NCBI GenBank assembly: GCA_048882325.1
Contig: JBHLRS010000063.1
Coordinates: forward strand, 1 to 13,128
Reading direction: 5' to 3'
Source: Candidatus Thorarchaeota archaeon
Lineage (GTDB): Archaea; Asgardarchaeota; Thorarchaeia; Thorarchaeales; Thorarchaeaceae
Length of the DNA stretch: 13,128 bases
Numbering within the stretch: the stretch's first letter is position 1; each line of letters opens with the position of its first letter. The translations under genes and the position numbers were made by a program. Below, piece after piece: positions 7,410 through 13,128 of the stretch. The notes under the pieces were generated by a model, which searched no databases, was not told where the DNA came from, and saw nothing but the letters and a program-made list of their open reading frames with translations.

Positions 7410-7883
7410 CTACTTCTTTCGCGCTGCCATGAGTCTGGGTCCATACTTGGTGAGTATCACAATCACAACAAACGAGAGGATACCGATTGTGAATAAGGTG
7501 CTTGCTATCCCTCCGAGGAAGGTGACATGGCGACTTGCAACATAAGTACCCCCAGCATCATCCACACCAAAGAGTGTGATGTTCATAGCTCCGCTTGGAT
7601 AGTCTTTGGTATCGAATTGCCATGATATGGTGTTTCCAGTGACAAAATGAACCTGCCTACCGTTGAAAAACACTGTCAGATTCTGTATATTCTCAGGACC
7701 GCTCCCCCGCAGTGTGAATGAACCTTGAATCAAAGACCCAAGAGCCGTCCCGATGTTTCGATTCAAATTCAGGTTCAAAGACCCTTGACCAACTGCATTC
7801 AGTGGCGTTGCAAACACGAGTCCACAGACTAGTAGGAATACTCCTACATCCGTCAAAGAAAACCTCACCAATCTATTTCTCAC
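7410..7883 (-). CDS. Membrane protein with a small Ig-like beta domain
   Basis: Hydrophobic helices at both ends flanking a beta-rich segment (WQFDTKDYPSG); 8 bp downstream of the ZIP gene. Confidence 0.7.
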   Translation of the reverse strand: MRNRLVRFSLTDVGVFLLVCGLVFATPLNAVGQGSLNLNLNRNIGTALGSLIQGSFTLRGSGPENIQNLTVFFNGRQVHFVTGNTISWQFDTKDYPSGAMNITLFGVDDAGGTYVASRHVTFLGGIASTLFTIGILSFVVIVILTKYGPRLMAARKK

Positions 7884-7891
7884 TTGGCGAG

Positions 7892-8716
7892 TCAGCCTCC
7901 AAATATGTAAGTAAAGACATTATCGAGGGTCATCATTATGAGGAATCCAATCATCAGGCCCCATGTTGCTAAACGAGCATTACCACCTGAATGACTCTCA
8001 GGGACCATCTCATCTCCTACAACGAACACCATTGCGCCTGCTGCGAAAGCCAGTCCATATGGGAGGAGACCGATTGCAACAGTGACGATTGATACTCCAA
8101 GTAAACCACCAATTGGTTCAACAAGCCCTGTTGATAATGCGAGGATGGCTGCATATTTTCTAGAATATCCTTCCCGCACGAGAGGAGCCGCTACCGCAAG
8201 ACCCTCTGGAATATTCTGCAATCCTATTGCAACTGCTACAGAAACTCCAGTAGCAATGTTCTCTACACCAAAAGATACTCCAACAGCCATGCCCTCAGGA
8301 AAATTGTGAATAGTTATTGCTATGACAAGGAGCCAGACTCTTGCTAATCTAGATGCAGGACCCTCATGTCCCTTCTCAAAGTGCTCGTGCGGGAGATACT
8401 TATCAGCAATATGAACAAAGACACCTCCAAGCGCAAACCCAAGCCCAACTACTGTCACGACCCCCGCTGCACCTATTGCCCAAGCTGGAGCAGCAGCAAG
8501 CCATTCAGGAGTTCCTAGATGCTCAAACGAAGGTACTAGAAGACTGAACGCTGAGGCTGCAAGCATAACTCCTGCTGCGAAACCAAGCATCACGTCAAGA
8601 CTTCTCCTATCGAAATTTTTCTTGACGAAAATGGGAATGGCGCCCAATCCAGTAGCAGTTCCTGCCAATAGACTGGCCAGTAATCCCAATGAGAATGGAT
8701 CTGAAAACAGTTGCAT
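7892..8716 (-). CDS. zupT: ZIP family divalent metal transporter (GufA/ZupT type)
   Basis: LGFAAGVML, ITIHNFPEGMAVGV, QNIPEGLAVA, VEPIG and EMVPESH motifs; His-rich loop. Confidence 0.93.
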   Translation of the reverse strand: MQLFSDPFSLGLLASLLAGTATGLGAIPIFVKKNFDRRSLDVMLGFAAGVMLAASAFSLLVPSFEHLGTPEWLAAAPAWAIGAAGVVTVVGLGFALGGVFVHIADKYLPHEHFEKGHEGPASRLARVWLLVIAITIHNFPEGMAVGVSFGVENIATGVSVAVAIGLQNIPEGLAVAAPLVREGYSRKYAAILALSTGLVEPIGGLLGVSIVTVAIGLLPYGLAFAAGAMVFVVGDEMVPESHSGGNARLATWGLMIGFLIMMTLDNVFTYIFGG

Positions 8717-8911
8717 GAAATTCTCCTCGACTTCAGAATCCTAACTGATTCTGGTATAAGGCAATTACTGTTGTTTTACGAAATTCTGGTTGTTAAGACT
8801 GGTTCATCTTGATTTTGGAAAAATCTGATCTTATTCAAAAGCAGGAACCCACTCGTTCCTCCTTGATACCTCTTCTACTAAAGCACATAAGAACGGGACT
8901 GCAAGACTGAA

Positions 8912-9018
8912 TGGTGGGCCCGAGGGGATTTGAACCCCTGACCGATCCCCTATCTGGACGAAATGTCCAGATATACAGGTTATGAGCCTGCTGCTCTACC
9001 AAGCTGAGCTACGGGCCC
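8912..9018 (-). tRNA. tRNA with CAT anticodon, probably Ile2, with a 30-nt intron at 43/44 (8945-8974)
   Basis: GGGCCCG TA GCTC AGCTTGGTA GAGC A GCAGG CTCATAA CCTGT [intron] CGGTC AGGGG TTCAAAT CCCCT CGGGCCC ACCA. The GGGCCC acceptor stem is typical of archaeal Ile tRNAs rather than Met. Confidence 0.9.
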
Positions 9019-9029
9019 TGATTAAGGAA

Positions 9030-9051
9030 CAAAGCATTTGCAAGTGCTTTG
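9030..9051. promoter_or_regulatory. 22-bp near-perfect palindrome between the tRNA(CAT) TATA box and gene
   Basis: CAAAGCATTTGCAAGTGCTTTG (one mismatched pair); minus-strand TTAATAT at 9054-9060. Confidence 0.5.
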
Positions 9052-9215
9052 CGATATTAACGTTGCGAATGGTTTCCAAATCAGGTTTTTACAGGAACGA
9101 CTTGAGGCGGCTAGAATGTCAAGAATCTGTTCTTGTTGGCTGATTTTACGCTGAACTTTTTCGGACTTTAAATTCAATCACAGTAACTACGAGGCAACTT
9201 CAAGGTGCGGATACC

Positions 9216-9569
9216 ATGATTCTAATGTTCACATCAGATCACTGTGTATGGTGTGGCGTACTCAAGTCTATGTTAGAAGAGGAGAGTGAGGCTCTTGGTA
9301 CCGAACATCAGGTCTATGAGGTCAATGTAGAACGTCAGTACCGTATCGCTGAGGCATATGACATCCTAGTTGTTCCAACACTTGTCGCTGGTTCTTTCAA
9401 GATCTCAGGAGTCCCGGAAGCTAGCGATTTACGTACATTCTTGCTTCAGGCTGTATCTAGAGGATTTCTCAGGTCCGGGAAAAAGAGTGTCAAATCTGTT
9501 CTTCGTGAGGTCCATCAACTTCGAGCATCTGGTTCCTCCAAAGACCCCATTATACGAACAGCATCCTGA
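9216..9569 (+). CDS. Thioredoxin-family protein
   Basis: FTSDHCVWC active-site motif, YEVNVE, and AEAYDILVVPT cis-Pro loop. Confidence 0.85.
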   Translation: MILMFTSDHCVWCGVLKSMLEEESEALGTEHQVYEVNVERQYRIAEAYDILVVPTLVAGSFKISGVPEASDLRTFLLQAVSRGFLRSGKKSVKSVLREVHQLRASGSSKDPIIRTAS

Positions 9570-9628
9570 GTTAATCGTGTCCTCTACATAATCTTAATAA
9601 CCGCTTGACAAAGTTCTCGGTGCTACAG

Positions 9629-9706
9629 GCCCCGATAGTGTAGCCCGGCCCAGCATCTAGGCCTTTCGAGTCTAAGACCCGGGTTCGAATCCCGGTCGGG
9701 GCACCA
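9629..9706 (+). tRNA. tRNA-Glu: tRNA-Glu(TTC), intronless
   Basis: GCCCCGA/TCGGGGC acceptor stem, TAGGC-CTTTCGA-GTCTA anticodon arm, CCGGG-TTCGAAT-CCCGG T arm, ACCA end; TTAATAA at 9594-9600. Confidence 0.96.
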
Positions 9707-9894
9707 TTTTCTTTATTCCATAACATGAATCATATGATTCTGCGCCTATGAAGCTCTCATCACGTTGTAGGAAATGCAGGATGAAGCTAGAAAGAGAGAG
9801 ATAGTCCCATTTCCAGATTCTTGACAAGATTCTAATACTTGGCAATGCTAATTGTGTTTACCGTGTTTGCTGGAAACATCGGAGGCTATGAGTA

Positions 9895-10782
9895 ATGAGC
9901 GGATTTGGAACCGTGCGGGTTACATGTCCCAATTGTAATGCCACTTATGGGTACAATATAACCGATTCAAAAAACCTGACTGTAACCTGCCAGAACTGTG
10001 GAAGGTCATTAGAGGTTGAGCTTGTGCCTACGTCTCACCAAGGTTTTGCTGGGGATGGTATGAATGTTGCATGGCCAAAAGTTTGTATGGGCTGTGGAAT
10101 GCAGGAGAATCTGACGACCATCGATGAGCCCTTCAACCGTAAGATGGCCATAAGTAGTACGAAACTTGGAATGCAGACGACAACTAGAATAAGTAGTTTC
10201 AGTGGGGTAGCTAGAATCTCCCTATGTCCAAACTGCAAAAAAGAGGGAGATAGAGATGTCACTTTGCAGCGATTACCTGGCACAATTGCGGTTCTTGCTT
10301 CCTTTTTGGTTTTAGTATTTCTCTGGTTGCCATATGGAGGGATTACAATGCTCTATGGCATTCTCTCCGGGCTATGGATTCCAGTCATTTTTCTCGGATT
10401 GGGTCCGCTTAGATCTACCAGCCTTCTCGATTCATTCGGAAGAATAAATATTCAATACAGGACCGGAAATATTGGATTCTCCTTTAGGAATGCGTTATAC
10501 CACTCTGCATTCAGTGGTATGAACTCTCATTTACAATCTTGGACCTGGGAACAAGACACGCCTCAAGGCTATTCTGATACAAAGGTTGGAGTCAATGTCG
10601 ATGCCGGTTTCAGAATCATATCTATTCTAATGTGTCCAGCATTTCTATTCGGTCTTGTACTTGTTAGCGTTGCTGGATTTGTGGGTGTGGGAATGTCAAT
10701 GGGCATTCCCCTTATTATAGGACTAGTCATCATGGTGCTTCTTCAATTAATGGGGAAAATGAGCAGTGACAAGTCTACTTAG
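9895..10782 (+). CDS. Zinc-ribbon-containing membrane protein
   Basis: CPNC/CQNC and CMGC/CPNC pairs, about four hydrophobic helices, GGAGG at 9881-9885. Confidence 0.8.
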   Translation: MSGFGTVRVTCPNCNATYGYNITDSKNLTVTCQNCGRSLEVELVPTSHQGFAGDGMNVAWPKVCMGCGMQENLTTIDEPFNRKMAISSTKLGMQTTTRISSFSGVARISLCPNCKKEGDRDVTLQRLPGTIAVLASFLVLVFLWLPYGGITMLYGILSGLWIPVIFLGLGPLRSTSLLDSFGRINIQYRTGNIGFSFRNALYHSAFSGMNSHLQSWTWEQDTPQGYSDTKVGVNVDAGFRIISILMCPAFLFGLVLVSVAGFVGVGMSMGIPLIIGLVIMVLLQLMGKMSSDKST

Positions 10783-10833
10783 AGATAGAACCAAAGCGCT
10801 ATAGAATGATTAGACATCCTAGTACCGGATAAG

Positions 10834-10865
10834 GACCCGAGTTTGAATCCCGGTCGGGGCACCAT
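10834..10865 (+). repeat. Copy of tRNA-Glu 3' end (attR-like)
   Basis: GACCCGAGTTTGAATCCCGGTCGGGGCACCAT, 30/32 identical to 9676-9707. Confidence 0.9.
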
Positions 10866-10942
10866 CTCCATCTAGAGTTTAGGTCTTTTGGAAAAACATA
10901 AACAGCAACCAATACAACTGTATTGCTAGTTGGAGATACTAG

Positions 10943-11242
10943 ATGAACCAGGTTGATTATGTACTCGTGACTCTCTCCTTGATTGTAGTTTCAGCATCTA
11001 TTTTGTATACTCACTTCTTAGCTATTCAAGTGGTCTGGGCCGTAATGATTTGCAGTCTCTGTGTATATGGTGGATCCATGACATTCGCACTCATCGCTAG
11101 CATAAGAATATTTGAAAAACCGAACCAGATACATTCCCTTAATGTCTTGACTGTCCCAATAATCTACATCATCCGTTCAAAGTTTGCGATTATTGTAAGT
11201 CGAACAAAAAGACTTCAATCTCACAAAAGAGATAATATCTAA
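10943..11242 (+). CDS. Small hydrophobic membrane protein
   Basis: 99-aa ORF with 2-3 hydrophobic stretches and GGAGA upstream; its stop codon lies inside the next tRNA-Glu repeat. Confidence 0.5.
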   Translation: MNQVDYVLVTLSLIVVSASILYTHFLAIQVVWAVMICSLCVYGGSMTFALIASIRIFEKPNQIHSLNVLTVPIIYIIRSKFAIIVSRTKRLQSHKRDNI

Positions 11243-11275
11243 ACCTGGGTTCGAATCCCAATCAGGGCACCATTT
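11238..11275 (+). repeat. Second, more degenerate copy of tRNA-Glu 3' end
   Basis: TCTAA-ACCTGGGTTCGAATCCCAATCAGGGCACCATTT versus 9671-9709: 4 mismatches and 1 gap in 39. Confidence 0.85.
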
Positions 11276-11354
11276 ACTCTAAAATTCTCATTCTATCTGC
11301 TCACATCAAAATTCGCTCTTTGCAATGATCGTACAATAGTTTTTAGAATTTGAA

Positions 11355-12521
11355 TCATCGCAGTAGGCTAATTATATTATTAGCAACTTGACGTTGGAGT
11401 TTTTCACCATTTTCAAACCATTCTTGAAGAATTGCATCAAGCGTGTTTTTCAGATTCGGATCGTCTTCATCCATCATATTGTTTGATTCAATCTTGTCTT
11501 CAATTACCTCTTTGAGTGCCTGTTCTACAATATTCCGAGCCCTTTCTCCTATTTCCACGTGCCCCAACCATTCTGAGAGTATGGCAAGACTATCAAAAGG
11601 AGACGCACCAACAATCTGAGCTATTACATGTTTCGTTATCCAATCGATATCTTTGCTATCAATTAATAGAACCGGATTGAGGAACTGTAAAGCCTTTGCA
11701 GGTTGGAATCTTCCTGGTACTTCAACTCCATGTATTAGCCAATCTACGAGATAGGCATCTCCACTTTGGACCCATTCCTGCGTTAGGATGAACATTTCAT
11801 CAGAATAAGTTCTCCAAGATGAGTAGATGATGAAATCAATGGTGCTTGTCAGAGTTTCATGCTTCTTTAGTAGTAGTTTCTTAAAGACAGAGATTCTCTT
11901 TCTATTGGGTTTGGAGTCATAATAGTAATTGACAAGCAAAATGAAACGACAGACATCTATTGGTAAATCGGTCCAATCTTCAAGACTGAGTTCTGGAAGA
12001 GAAAGGTCCTTTGCCTTTAGTGCATCGGATATAATAGATGCACTGACTTTCATGGCTGGAAAGTGATTTGCACGCGACCAGTTCGCATAAGTAATCTCGA
12101 AGTCCCTGTACTCAGCATTTCGAACGAGTGGAACAAATTCTCTAGTTTCTTCTTCAATCGTCTCCTTGACTTCTTCAGACACACTTGTGAGTTCGTGAAA
12201 GAGGTCAGTGTCATCCTCTACTGCATAGTTTGGTATCTCAATATAATCTGTCTTTGCTAGGATGCTCAAAATCTCTCTTCTAAGCTCAGTATTATTTCTC
12301 TCAGCATCTTCGATATTCCTTTGAAGTATCTTTTCAACACGATCGATATCTTTGACGGTCAATTTCCACCGTTTCTTCTCCTCATCTGAGAGTTGAAGAT
12401 GGACAAATCCCTTTGCTAGTAGAATGTCTAGTTTTCCTTCCCAGTACAAAGATTGGAGAAAGGGAATCCATGTTGGGTGAATTGTCTGAGTCTTGACAAC
12501 GTTGTGGTCTGATTGCGACAT
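11355..12521 (-). CDS. Hypothetical alpha-helical protein, C-terminal HEAT/ARM-like
   Basis: 388-aa ORF with recurring LxEW helices; 10 bp downstream of the wHTH gene. Confidence 0.7.
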   Translation of the reverse strand: MSQSDHNVVKTQTIHPTWIPFLQSLYWEGKLDILLAKGFVHLQLSDEEKKRWKLTVKDIDRVEKILQRNIEDAERNNTELRREILSILAKTDYIEIPNYAVEDDTDLFHELTSVSEEVKETIEEETREFVPLVRNAEYRDFEITYANWSRANHFPAMKVSASIISDALKAKDLSLPELSLEDWTDLPIDVCRFILLVNYYYDSKPNRKRISVFKKLLLKKHETLTSTIDFIIYSSWRTYSDEMFILTQEWVQSGDAYLVDWLIHGVEVPGRFQPAKALQFLNPVLLIDSKDIDWITKHVIAQIVGASPFDSLAILSEWLGHVEIGERARNIVEQALKEVIEDKIESNNMMDEDDPNLKNTLDAILQEWFENGEKLQRQVANNIISLLR

Positions 12522-12531
12522 GGCTCTAAGA

Positions 12532-12939
12532 TTAATCCATATTGAGTGTGATCTTCATGAAGATTGATTTCTTGAGTTTTTTGACAAATGCGTCTTTATC
12601 TTCTTGAGACATTGTAGATTTGATCACACCCTCTCCTTCAAGTTGAGCTATAGTCCTTGTTACTATCTCATCAACTATGTCTTCCACGTCTTGCGTCTTC
12701 TTCATTGTAGTTAGTAAAGCTCTCTGTCCTTTTTCCGTTATAGAAAACACACTGTACCTCCCTTTCTTGGTTCTTCTTACCAGACCCTCTCTCTCAAGAT
12801 CAGACAGAGTAAGGTATAGAGTCCTCTTCGACACCTTCAATTCAGCTTGCAGCTCCCCAAAGTGCGTTTCCTCCTCTTGCATCAGATATGCTAGAATGGG
12901 CATGCTGAATGAACGTCTTTCAAACACTTCGGATGACAT
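12532..12939 (-). CDS. Winged helix-turn-helix transcriptional regulator (HxlR/ArsR/MarR-like)
   Basis: HFGELQAELKVSKRTLYLTLSDLEREGLVRR..FSITEKG. Confidence 0.88.
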   Translation of the reverse strand: MSSEVFERRSFSMPILAYLMQEEETHFGELQAELKVSKRTLYLTLSDLEREGLVRRTKKGRYSVFSITEKGQRALLTTMKKTQDVEDIVDEIVTRTIAQLEGEGVIKSTMSQEDKDAFVKKLKKSIFMKITLNMD

Positions 12940-12972
12940 TGGCTCCCAGCCTAAGGTAAGAGAATGACCCTC

Positions 12973-13128
12973 TTACACTTGAATTGTTTTGATTTCTGAC
13001 ATGAAATACTCCTTATCTTCTTTCTTCTTTATCCTCTCACCAGCCTCTTTACCTAACTGCAGAAACTTGTTCGTTTCTTCCTTGTTCTTTGCGATTGAGT
13101 GGGCTCGTGCCATTGCTTCGTATGCAAA
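12973..13128 (-). CDS. Partial CDS (C-terminal 51 aa), helical hypothetical protein
   Basis: Open frame from the window edge: FAYEAMARAHSIAKNKEETNKFLQLGKEAGERIKEEKEDKEYFMSEIKTIQV*. Confidence 0.7.
   Translation of the reverse strand, partial: FAYEAMARAHSIAKNKEETNKFLQLGKEAGERIKKKEDKEYFMSEIKTIQV

Noticed and set aside
152-11275. CRISPR array
   Set aside because: The repeats are tRNA-derived and separated by 0.4-2.2 kb genes; no cas genes.
1325-12967. Short overlapping or antisense ORFs in the track (e.g. 1325..1741, 2913..3269, 5103..5381, 5925..6209, 10035..10283, 12677..12967)
   Set aside because: Shadow frames of longer, better-supported genes with no motifs of their own.
1-13128. Genome-wide reassignment of TGA
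   Set aside because: TGA ends apparently complete genes (ZIP transporter, thioredoxin-like gene, 6683..7339).

Overview
Archaeal DNA, probably Asgard/Thorarchaeia-like (inferred from BHB-type tRNA introns, CCA-encoding tRNAs, TTAATA-type promoters and protein style). It holds three complete tRNA genes: tRNA-Asn(GTT) at 3662-3859 (+) interrupted by FOUR bulge-helix-bulge-type introns (22/23, 28/29, 37/38, 59/60) that splice to an exact 76-nt cloverleaf; tRNA(CAT), probably Ile2, at 8912-9018 (-) with a non-canonical 43/44 intron; and intronless tRNA-Glu(TTC) at 9629-9706 (+). The tRNA-Asn lies tail-to-tail with an 813-aa free-standing double-LAGLIDADG-like protein. This ~3 kb unit is bracketed by an inverted copy of the tRNA-Asn promoter plus its first 20 nt (6610-6681, -) and by minus-strand copies of the tRNA-Asn 3' end (3309, 1057, ~172) that separate compact 1-2 gene cassettes. 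A second array of tRNA 3'-end copies separating single-gene cassettes follows tRNA-Glu. No integrase is visible. One cassette gene (YkgJ-like) has an in-frame TGA exactly at a conserved Cys. The rest is ordinary: ZIP transporter, thioredoxin-like protein, membrane proteins and a wHTH regulator.
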